DNA of 15,000 nucleotides from Candidatus Dadabacteria bacterium (GTDB lineage Bacteria; Desulfobacterota_D; UBA1144; Nemesobacterales; CSP1-2): NCBI GenBank assembly GCA_040289575.1, contig PSLL01000043.1, positions 2,847 to 17,846 of the forward strand, read 5' to 3'. Shown piece by piece: positions 1 to 7,317 of this stretch (position 1 is its first letter; each line of letters starts with the position of its first letter). The notes under the pieces were generated by a model. It saw only the letters and a program-made list of their open reading frames with translations, ran no database searches and was not told where the DNA came from. The position numbers and the translations under genes were made by a program.

Positions 1-1
1 G

Positions 2-85
2 GGAATCTTCAACTTTCGACGCCAGTTCCTTGAGAGGAAATTCGGAACAATACCCGATCACAAGACAAAATTGGAAGTCATATAG
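2..85 (+). CDS. possible 3' end of an upstream gene (GIFNFRRQFLERKFGTIPDHKTKLEVI*), product unknown
   Basis: Open frame from the window edge to TAG at 83-85, just before the next promoter; no recognisable motif. Confidence 0.3.
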   Translation, partial: GIFNFRRQFLERKFGTIPDHKTKLEVI

Positions 86-99
86 AGATATATTTAAAA

Positions 100-128
100 T
101 TGACACCCCCTTCAATATGATTTACTTT
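100..128 (+). promoter_or_regulatory. sigma70-type promoter, probably giving a leaderless mRNA
   Basis: TTGACA (100-105), 17 bp spacer, TACTTT (123-128); ATG at 136 only 7 nt downstream; no Shine-Dalgarno. Confidence 0.65.
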
Positions 129-135
129 TAGTTAT

Positions 136-1494
136 ATGAAAGACTTGGAATCTCAATGTATATGTGGAAGTGGAAAGAAATTTTGGGATTGTTGTTATAA
201 GGATAATTCAGTGGTTGACCTTGCCAATTACAAGATTGACCAGGCTGAGCGAGACCTCAAGATGAAGCTCATTGATTTTTCTAACCGCCCTGATATGCAG
301 GTACAGATTGGGGAGGCGTTTTATATATGGATGAACAACCCCGGACTCTCCGGCGAAGATATGGATGAAGATGATATCGATGACCTTACGTTTACAAAAT
401 TCCTTGACTGGTTTATATATGATTTTAAACTGCTTGATACCGGGAAAAGACTGATTCACCGCTTTTATGAAGAAGAAAGCCGCAATCTCTCGAACATCGA
501 AAGATACATACTTGACGGTTGGATAGATAATCTCTTCAGCTTTTTTGAGGTAGAAGAGGTAATCCCCAAAGAGGGGTGTCGCATAAGGGATATATTTACA
601 GGAGAGGTGTTTCAGATAAAGGATTCTAAAGCATCCTCGCAAATCTCGCGCTCTGATATAATTGGCGGAAGACCGCTCAGGGTAGGCAGCAACACACATT
701 TCTCCGGTGTGGTTTCAATCTATCCACAGGCGTTTAAACACATTATACTGGACCTTTTCAAACGCGAGCTTAAAGAATACAGAAAAAATTTTGGAAAAAA
801 ACGCACACCCAAAGAGTATCTGAAGGACTGGGGATTTTTAATAGAGCGATACATCGAGGACATAGCCAACAATCCACAGTTTTTTACACCGGAGGGAGAC
901 GAGCTTGTTTTTGCGTCCTCAACCTATAGTGTGAAAGATTATGATAAGATCTTAGAGAAATTAGAGAAGATAGACTCGCTCGAAGAGATAAAGGGCGGAA
1001 CGAATGAACTTAGGGCATTTTCATGGATTAGAAAAAGAAAAATTGGCCAAAGCAAGATACTGGGAAACATTGAAATTGAAAGAGACAGACTCACAATTGA
1101 GTGCTATTCATCAAACCTGCTCGATAAAGGAAAGATCCTCATTGAAAGTAAACTCCGGGGCCTCATATCCCACAAAGAGGATTCTATAAAACAATTGGAA
1201 TCATTTTTAGACAAACAACCCCGTGAGACATCGAAGGGCAGGAGGCTTCCCCCCGGAGTCAAAAGCCAGAGCGAACTCGATACGGTCCTTGATGAGTACT
1301 ATGACAGATGGATTGATAAACCGCTTGAGGTTCTTGACAATAAAACCCCCAGAGAAGCCCTAGAGACAAACGAGGGAAGAGAAAAGCTAGGCTCCATTTT
1401 AAAAGAGCTTCAGAGCTTCTATGAAGAGGCAAAAGAGCGAGGCGAGCCCTACTATAATGTAGAAAATCTCAGAAAGAAACTCAGGCTCAAATAA
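136..1494 (+). CDS. SEC-C (zinc-binding) motif protein with a C-terminal segment resembling the Xre/MbcA/ParS antitoxin C-terminal domain
   Basis: N-terminal CICGSGKKFWDCC matches the SEC-C pattern CxCGSGKKYKxCC; C-terminal WIDKPLEVLDNKTPREAL matches the W..P...L...TP motif of MbcA/ParS_C-like domains. Confidence 0.8.
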   Translation: MKDLESQCICGSGKKFWDCCYKDNSVVDLANYKIDQAERDLKMKLIDFSNRPDMQVQIGEAFYIWMNNPGLSGEDMDEDDIDDLTFTKFLDWFIYDFKLLDTGKRLIHRFYEEESRNLSNIERYILDGWIDNLFSFFEVEEVIPKEGCRIRDIFTGEVFQIKDSKASSQISRSDIIGGRPLRVGSNTHFSGVVSIYPQAFKHIILDLFKRELKEYRKNFGKKRTPKEYLKDWGFLIERYIEDIANNPQFFTPEGDELVFASSTYSVKDYDKILEKLEKIDSLEEIKGGTNELRAFSWIRKRKIGQSKILGNIEIERDRLTIECYSSNLLDKGKILIESKLRGLISHKEDSIKQLESFLDKQPRETSKGRRLPPGVKSQSELDTVLDEYYDRWIDKPLEVLDNKTPREALETNEGREKLGSILKELQSFYEEAKERGEPYYNVENLRKKLRLK

Positions 1495-3150
1495 TTGAGT
1501 GTCCTTTCTATTCTTACCAAAACTCAGGACATCCAAAGGCTAAGGCAGATATTTACGGTTCTTGCAAGGCACGGCTATGGGCACATCATCGAGAGGCTTG
1601 GGCTTAGAGATTCACGGGTTCTTGGAATAATTATCCCAACGCCAAGCACAAAACCGGCCTCTAACCCGGAGCGACTGCGCCAGGTGCTTGAGGAACTAGG
1701 CCCTACGTTTGTAAAACTCGGACAAATACTGAGCACACGCCCGGACCTCGTTCCCCCCGCCTATATTGATGAGTTCTCAAAACTGCAAGACAGTGTCCCT
1801 CCGTTTTCATCCGAAGAGGCGGCGAACCAAATCAGAATGGAACTCGGCGTAGAGGTTGAAGAGGTGTTCATACATTTTGATCCAAATCCCATAGCGTCGG
1901 CATCCCTTGCACAGGTCCATAAGGCTACTCTCCAAAACGGCGTATGCGTCGCCGTAAAAATACAGCGCCCGGACATAAAGCCGCTTATTGAAAGCGATAT
2001 TGACCTACTCTATCTCCTTGCACGCTTCGTCGAAAAGAGCATTCCCGAACTCAAGCTCTACAGCCCCAGAAGAATTGTAAGGGAATTTGAGCGCGCAATA
2101 ATAAGAGAGCTTGATTTCACAATTGAGGCGGCAAATGCAGAGAGGTTTAGAAGAAACTTCGGATTAAATTCCGACCTCTATTTCCCTAAGGTTTATGAGG
2201 AACTATCAGGGAAAAAGGCATTAACAATGGAATTTATCGAAGGCGTGAAAATTACAGACGCCCCCCTCTACGGATACGACCCAAAACTCATTGCAAGACG
2301 CGGACTCAGGGCCGTAGTCGAGATGGTATTTCGTGATGGGTTCTTCCACGCAGACCCCCATCCGGGGAACATATTTGTAATGGAAGGCAGCAGACTCGCC
2401 TACCTCGATTTAGGACTCGTAGGAAGGGTAAGCGAAGAGGTAAGAGACACAATGCTTCTGCTTATCCTCTCCATTATAAGAGAGGACTTTGAAGAGGTCG
2501 TCAGAATATTCTACAAGATTGGAATAAAAGAGGACGATGTGGATATGTCCGAGTTCCGCGCCGATGTAATAGATATCTGCGAAAAGCACTTTGGAAAGCC
2601 TTTAAAGTACATGGAGCTAGGGGCTTTTATAAGGGACATACTAGAGGGGGCATTTAGGCACAGAATAAGAATTCCACTGGAGTACGCACTTATGTGCAAA
2701 GCGCTTATCACAATGGAGGGAGTCGGAAAGAAATTAGACCCCGATATAAATATTTTTAAAGAGTCGCATCCATATCTGGTCGAGATATTTAAGAAAAGAT
2801 ACAATCTAAACAGGGTCTCTAAGGATTTGGCAAAATCGGTTGTAACGCTTTCGAGAACCATTCAAGAGGCACCGCCTCAGCTAAAAGGCATACTCGACAA
2901 TCTTGAGAGCGGAAGATTTAAGATACGCATAGAGGATATGGGAGTTGAAAGATCGACATCTACGTGGGAGAAGATTATAAATCGCCTTATTCTCTCTTTG
3001 ATAACATCAATCCTAATCATCTCCTCATTTCTTCTCATCCTTTTCGGAAAATCGCCATGGACAACGCTCCTTGGAATCTTAGGGTCTCTTACCGCCGGAT
3101 TTTTGGGATTATGGGTGATGTTTTCTATTCTAAAGTCACAGAAGTTTTAG
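1495..3150 (+). CDS. ubiB: AarF/ABC1/UbiB family atypical protein kinase with C-terminal TM helices
   Basis: LGPTFVKLGQILSTRPD (KxGQ), ASASLAQVH, VAVKIQRP, FFHADPHPGN, LDLGLVG motifs; two hydrophobic C-terminal helices; TTG start abuts the upstream TAA. Confidence 0.9.
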   Translation: MSVLSILTKTQDIQRLRQIFTVLARHGYGHIIERLGLRDSRVLGIIIPTPSTKPASNPERLRQVLEELGPTFVKLGQILSTRPDLVPPAYIDEFSKLQDSVPPFSSEEAANQIRMELGVEVEEVFIHFDPNPIASASLAQVHKATLQNGVCVAVKIQRPDIKPLIESDIDLLYLLARFVEKSIPELKLYSPRRIVREFERAIIRELDFTIEAANAERFRRNFGLNSDLYFPKVYEELSGKKALTMEFIEGVKITDAPLYGYDPKLIARRGLRAVVEMVFRDGFFHADPHPGNIFVMEGSRLAYLDLGLVGRVSEEVRDTMLLLILSIIREDFEEVVRIFYKIGIKEDDVDMSEFRADVIDICEKHFGKPLKYMELGAFIRDILEGAFRHRIRIPLEYALMCKALITMEGVGKKLDPDINIFKESHPYLVEIFKKRYNLNRVSKDLAKSVVTLSRTIQEAPPQLKGILDNLESGRFKIRIEDMGVERSTSTWEKIINRLILSLITSILIISSFLLILFGKSPWTTLLGILGSLTAGFLGLWVMFSILKSQKF

Positions 3151-3196
3151 CAGGCAAGTCTTGATAGAGACGACCAGCCACCACCCATACAAAATT

Positions 3197-3691
3197 TTAC
3201 TCCGACAAATCTGCAGTCTTTCTTCTCCCATACAGGAACGACAAAACCGCAATTAATAGAAGTGCAAGCGAAACTTGAAGAATTATCACAGATGCGATCT
3301 TAAGATAGGCAAAGAGCGGGCTTACATATAGAATAAGCCATCCGCCGGATATGTCTCCAAACGCAGAGAGAAAAGAGGCGAGGATTACAACTAACTTCCA
3401 GAAGGATTTAATCGGGGTAAAAAGGAAAAGGTGATTTAGTGTGACAAGAATTATAGCCATAGAGAAGAAATGGAAATGCGCCTCTTCAAGCATACCAGCG
3501 TAGCTCTTTGGGGATTGAAAGGTTTCTTCCGAGCCACGGTAGTACTTAACAATAGAGTTATATGTAAATCCGATTTTAAGATATAAAAGGAGATTGGTCA
3601 CCCAGAAGAAGAAGAAGAACACTATAGTGAGTACTACGATCAACCTTAAAAGATCGTTTCTCCTTATATCCTGAGTTACAAAGAACCTCAA
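3197..3691 (-). CDS. 4-TM inner-membrane protein with a His-rich helix (EEAHFH...NH), possible heme/metal-binding
   Basis: 164 aa with about four hydrophobic segments; H72, H74, H87; TTG start 2 nt after the upstream TGA, with SD AAGGAG inside the upstream gene end. Confidence 0.7.
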   Translation of the reverse strand: MRFFVTQDIRRNDLLRLIVVLTIVFFFFFWVTNLLLYLKIGFTYNSIVKYYRGSEETFQSPKSYAGMLEEAHFHFFSMAIILVTLNHLFLFTPIKSFWKLVVILASFLSAFGDISGGWLILYVSPLFAYLKIASVIILQVSLALLLIAVLSFLYGRRKTADLSE

Positions 3692-3692
3692 A

Positions 3693-4238
3693 TCATTGGT
3701 CTCCTTTTACAGCCACATTGTAAACGGCCATTATTCTCCTGATCGCTTTAACCAGCGCATTGGATGTTATCGTAGCCCCCGTGATATTCGGGATTCCCCT
3801 TCCAACCCAGAGCGAATCGTCGAGTGTTTTGCCCCCAAACTGCTGCATCCATCTCTGCGTCGGCATGTGCTCCGGGGGTTCAAAAAAGGCGAGAATCTCC
3901 ACCTCTTTTAGCGTTCCATCGGGGTTTATAATAACCATCACAGTTTCTGTTTTTGTCCTTAGCTGATGGGTATCTATCACCGCATATCCGAGTGTTTTAT
4001 CTCCCTTTTTTCCAACATAAAAGATGTAGAGTTTAGAATCAATCTGGGATCTTGCAATAGATTCTACCTTCTTAGCCTGTTCGTCGGAGAGAAAAACGGT
4101 CTTTTTATCAATCTGATCCGCATCGGGAAAAGCCAATTTTAAAGCCCTATCCTTTGTCATAAAGACCTGAGAAAAAGAATTAGTGGAGGACACAAAGAGG
4201 TTAAGAACAACTGAGAGCAACACCGCTATTCTATTCAT
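3693..4238 (-). CDS. exported FMN-binding domain protein (RnfG/NqrC/NosR-type FMN_bind)
   Basis: Likely start ATG 4238 (MNRIAVLLSVVL..., signal peptide); the ORF-track start 4286 lies inside a hairpin. Flavinylation motif NITGATITS ([S/T]GA[S/T]); FFEPPEH..W..QF.GK segment typical of FMN_bind proteins. Confidence 0.85.
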   Translation of the reverse strand: MNRIAVLLSVVLNLFVSSTNSFSQVFMTKDRALKLAFPDADQIDKKTVFLSDEQAKKVESIARSQIDSKLYIFYVGKKGDKTLGYAVIDTHQLRTKTETVMVIINPDGTLKEVEILAFFEPPEHMPTQRWMQQFGGKTLDDSLWVGRGIPNITGATITSNALVKAIRRIMAVYNVAVKGDQ

Positions 4239-4258
4239 AGAGTTGACCTGTAATCTAT

Positions 4259-4292
4259 AAAAATGAGGGGCATGGCTCCAGACCACACCCCT
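4259..4292 (-). terminator. intra-operon hairpin plus U-tract between the porin and FMN-binding genes
   Basis: Minus-strand RNA AGGGGUGUGGU-CUGGA-GCCAUGCCCCU (11-bp stem with G-U pairs) followed by CAUUUUU. Confidence 0.6.
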
Positions 4293-4311
4293 AATCAGTA
4301 TTTAACCCGAT

Positions 4312-5730
4312 TTAGAACACATATCCAAGACCGACATTAAACTGATTCTCGGCCGTATCGTTCCCGTTTCTCCTATCCTGGAAGTCCAGCTTTATAACCA
4401 CATTTGGAATAGGTTTGTAGCTCAGTCCAAAGGTTATAGTCTTGCGTCTGTTGGCAGGGTTGCGCTCAAATCCCGAAGGAACCCTGAACTGTGTGTCGAA
4501 TGCCTCAAATCTGACAAAAGGGGCAAGGTAATGGGTTGTATTAAAGAATAATGGCAGCACGTTATAAGCCCCCTCTACATACCAGCCGTAAAGATCTTTT
4601 CCGATTGAATCGGCTCCCTCAAATCCGTTATTCAGGTTTATAAGGGCAGCATCACGTATATTTACAAAGGCAAAAAGCCCCCTTGCCTCAAATCCCCTGT
4701 ATTGATACTCGGCATCAACTTCATATATTGTAGTCAGGCCGCCGATTGTCTTGCCGTTTACCTTCTCATTCTGTCCTGAGTTTCCGATATAGAATGAACC
4801 GCCGATTTTAAGCCCCAGCACTTTATCATACTCAACCCTTGCAACGAAGGCAGGGTCATTTATCCTCGATAGGGTTCCATTACTCCTTCCGCCCCCTATA
4901 CCCTCTTCCGCGCTAAAACCCCTTGAGTCAAGACCAGCCACGACATAGGCTCTGTAACTTAGACCAGGAATGAGCTGACCGAATATGCCGATACCGTTTT
5001 CCCTCCAAGTCGTAGGAATTATAAATGTTTCAACATCGGGTCTTAGAACACCGAAAAATGTCGTCGGCTCATGAACCTCATTTATGATCCCGATAGGAAT
5101 AAGAACCAATCCCGCGCGTATATTAAATCTATCGTGGATCAAGAAGCTTAGATTTGCAAATTCAACGGCAACCTCGCCTCCCTCACCGGAGAGTTCATCG
5201 CCCTCTTCTGTTATCCCAGCGTGCTCAAACTCTATCTCGGAATTGAATATAATCCTGTCTGTAAACTTATAACCGAAATAAAGAACCGCCCTCTCAAGGT
5301 CGGCAATGTTGTCGCCTTTCCTCCTAAACTCACCTGCAAACTCGCCGTATCCGCCAATGGATAAACCCTTGCTCACAAGAAAGACCTTAGATGCTGCAGG
5401 AGCCTGTCCGAAGACCTCCTTGTACTCCGGCTCCTTCTCCACCGCTGCGGATTTAATCTTTTCAATCTCTTCGGCAAGGACATCGAGCTTTTCTTCGATT
5501 TCTTTAACCTTCTGCTCTGCTCTGCCCTGTGACTTTAAACTTTGAACCTCTTCTGTAACGCTCTGGAGCCTCTTTTCAAGCTCCTCTATCCTTTCCTCCT
5601 GGCTCTTCTTTTTCTGCTCTTTTATCGTCTCCTCCGCAAACCCGTTTAGAGAAACCGGAAAGAGGAGCACCGTCATTGATAAAACAATTATCCTTGACCA
5701 CATACACCTCGTACGGCTTTTTAAATCCAT
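4312..5730 (-). CDS. outer-membrane beta-barrel porin (OprO/OprP-like superfamily) with N-terminal coiled coil
   Basis: Signal peptide; coiled coil EERIEELEKRLQSVTEEV...; amphipathic beta strands; EIEFEH and NEVHEPTTF motifs; C-terminal GLGYVF BAM signature; SD AAGGAGG at 5741-5747. Confidence 0.85.
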   Translation of the reverse strand: MDLKSRTRCMWSRIIVLSMTVLLFPVSLNGFAEETIKEQKKKSQEERIEELEKRLQSVTEEVQSLKSQGRAEQKVKEIEEKLDVLAEEIEKIKSAAVEKEPEYKEVFGQAPAASKVFLVSKGLSIGGYGEFAGEFRRKGDNIADLERAVLYFGYKFTDRIIFNSEIEFEHAGITEEGDELSGEGGEVAVEFANLSFLIHDRFNIRAGLVLIPIGIINEVHEPTTFFGVLRPDVETFIIPTTWRENGIGIFGQLIPGLSYRAYVVAGLDSRGFSAEEGIGGGRSNGTLSRINDPAFVARVEYDKVLGLKIGGSFYIGNSGQNEKVNGKTIGGLTTIYEVDAEYQYRGFEARGLFAFVNIRDAALINLNNGFEGADSIGKDLYGWYVEGAYNVLPLFFNTTHYLAPFVRFEAFDTQFRVPSGFERNPANRRKTITFGLSYKPIPNVVIKLDFQDRRNGNDTAENQFNVGLGYVF

Positions 5731-5753
5731 TTCTATCTATCCTCCTTTGTTTT

Positions 5754-5777
5754 AATATTGAAATTTATTTTCATATT
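5754..5777. promoter_or_regulatory. Fur-family operator upstream of the porin operon
   Basis: AATATTGAAATTTATTTTCATATT; core 5759-5773 is a 7-1-7 inverted repeat with one mismatch to TGAAAATnATTTTCA; near-identical to the 6671-6694 site. Confidence 0.7.
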
Positions 5778-5816
5778 CGAAATTCTGATTAATAATCATA
5801 TGCCAAGAAAAGGAAG

Positions 5817-6395
5817 TTAAAGAATCCACCAGACTATGGAATTGGGATCAGATGGACCGGGAGCGCTCTGCTCATCTGCCAACCAGGTATAGGTGAAACT
5901 GCCGTCCGGCGGCACAGATGCCACGGCACCAGGGGGGTTGTAATGAGCCTCTTCATTGTCTTTATCATACCTTACACCATGGGGATGAATACTGAGTTCT
6001 CTAGGGGTTCTGTTAAGGAAGTGCACAACAATGGTATCACCGACCTCTGCACGGATTATAGGGCCCAGTATGCCCAACCACTCAGGTTGTGGTTTGTGGG
6101 TCTGAAATGTACCGTCTGTGTACTCAATATATCGGAGCTTCTTCCACTTGGTATTGCCGTTATAGGGTTCGGGGATTGGGCCTCCATGCACGAGGTCCCA
6201 GCCTGTGGGGGCATAGTCCCATATGACCTCTTCGGCTGCAATATAATATTGACGAATCGTCCCACCACTCTGTGCCTCAGAGTTGGAATTACACGACATC
6301 GTTAATCCAATAGTTACAATTAAGAACAATATTAAGACTACTTCTGAGTACTTTATCGGGAATTTACACTTTTCTGAGGTTACTAAGACTTTCAT
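5817..6395 (-). pseudogene. truncated multicopper oxidase lipoprotein (ceruloplasmin/hephaestin-like cupredoxin domain 1 only)
   Basis: Likely ATG 6395 right after the upstream TAA; lipobox LTMSC; YYIAAEEVIWDYAP, LGILGPIIRAEVGD, SIHPHG motifs; ends SIVWWIL* exactly where WxYHSH is expected, with no continuation in the ~90 bp before the porin gene. Confidence 0.8.
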
Positions 6396-6396
6396 C

Positions 6397-6612
6397 TTAT
6401 GCATCTTGGTGATCCTTATAGAGAAAATCGAGTTCAAGAACCTCTATAAGCATCTCAGCAAGGGCCAAAAAATCGCTCTTTTGCAGTCTCAAAGTTATAT
6501 TGTCCAAAGAGAGGTGATATAAATTGCAACATTGGCACCTTCTAACATTGCCAATAAATGGCGATGAGGATAGGAGCACCTAATTTGCGGTATCGCTGTA
6601 AATCCCTTTCAT
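6397..6612 (-). pseudogene. small CxCC protein (paralog of 6802-6999) with an in-frame TAG at codon 11
   Basis: SD AGGAGGG (6624-6618), 5 nt, ATG 6612: MKGIYSDTAN*VLLSSSPFIGNVRRCQCCNLYHLSLDNITLRL...; TAG at 6582-6580; could alternatively be expressed from GTG 6579. Confidence 0.7.
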
Positions 6613-6648
6613 ATATTCCCTCCTAGGCTAATGCTATCAAAAGCCAAA

Positions 6649-6692
6649 TTAGAATATTCTTTTCAATTCCAATATTGAAAATCATTTTCAAT
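6649..6692. promoter_or_regulatory. Fur-family operator (perfect 9-1-9 palindrome) plus a degenerate second copy
   Basis: ATTGAAAAT-C-ATTTTCAAT at 6674-6692; TTAGAATATTCTTTTCAAT at 6649-6667 (14/19 match). Confidence 0.8.
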
Positions 6693-6695
6693 TTT

Positions 6696-6723
6696 ATATT
6701 ATCATTGCTTAATTAAATGTCAA
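6696..6723 (-). promoter_or_regulatory. sigma70-type promoter whose start site overlaps the Fur-type box
   Basis: Minus strand TTGACA (6723-6718), 16 bp, TAATAT (6701-6696) preceded by TGn (extended -10). Confidence 0.6.
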
Positions 6724-6801
6724 GAGAACAAAGTAAAGAACTATTTTTATGCGGGATAAATTATTCCAAGACAGAAGAGTCCGGAAAGAATACCAATTTC
6801 C

Positions 6802-6999
6802 TTACGTACTTAGGTTTTCTTTAAGAAATCTCTCGGATTCAACTACACTACTTAGCATTTCCACATATGATTTCATCTCCTCATAGCTGAGTCGAAGTGT
6901 TACATATCCAAACGTAACATAATAGCCACCGCAGCTACACTTCTGAATATTGCCATACGGAAATGTAGCAAGTGTCATCCTAACACATCCTTCACTCAT
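6802..6999 (-). CDS. small CxC protein, 65 aa (tentatively DUF6686-like), possible metal-binding
   Basis: SD GAGGAG (7011-7006) then ATG; GNIQKCSCGGYYVTFGYVTLRL...EML aligns with the 6397-6612 product. Confidence 0.7.
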   Translation of the reverse strand: MSEGCVRMTLATFPYGNIQKCSCGGYYVTFGYVTLRLSYEEMKSYVEMLSSVVESERFLKENLST

Positions 7000-7317
7000 A
7001 TTAATCTCCTCTTCAAATTAACTATATTACTCCTCTTCTATCCTCTTACTAAGAACCGAATTCAACATTTAAATTTTGGGATAGGTTATATTGAATTTTC
7101 CTAGGATATCTATTTATTCTGGACTTTATACATCCATAAAGTAGGAAATAACATATATCTAAAGACCTGTCAAGCCCAATTCGGTTATTTTTTTGAATTC
7201 ATACGGAGTAAATTATACAAGTATCATAAAACAATGAAGAATTTCTTTAGAATGTAAATACCGTAATATCGGCAATTTCATTCGTATCTTTAGCCTCTAC
7301 CCGCTTGCGTTTTCTTA

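Noticed and set aside
3693..4238. Calling the FMN-binding gene rnfG or nosR
   Set aside because: No other rnf, nqr or nos genes are adjacent; only the shared FMN_bind domain is supported.
4239..4286. ORF-track N-terminal extension of the FMN-binding protein
   Set aside because: Begins inside a terminator-like hairpin; the signal peptide starts at ATG 4238.
5785..5799. FNR/CRP-type site
   Set aside because: TGAT...ATCA arms are separated by 5 nt rather than 4 and lack the outer T/A; kept only as an unassigned palindrome.
5789..5806. Possible sigma54 promoter (minus strand TTGGCATATGATTATT) for the porin
   Set aside because: The -24 TGGCA is present but the GG-N10-GC rule fails (TT where GC is required).
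6396..6437. ORF-track N-terminal extension of the multicopper oxidase
   Set aside because: Overlaps the upstream small gene; ATG 6395 directly after its TAA gives a more plausible lipoprotein signal.
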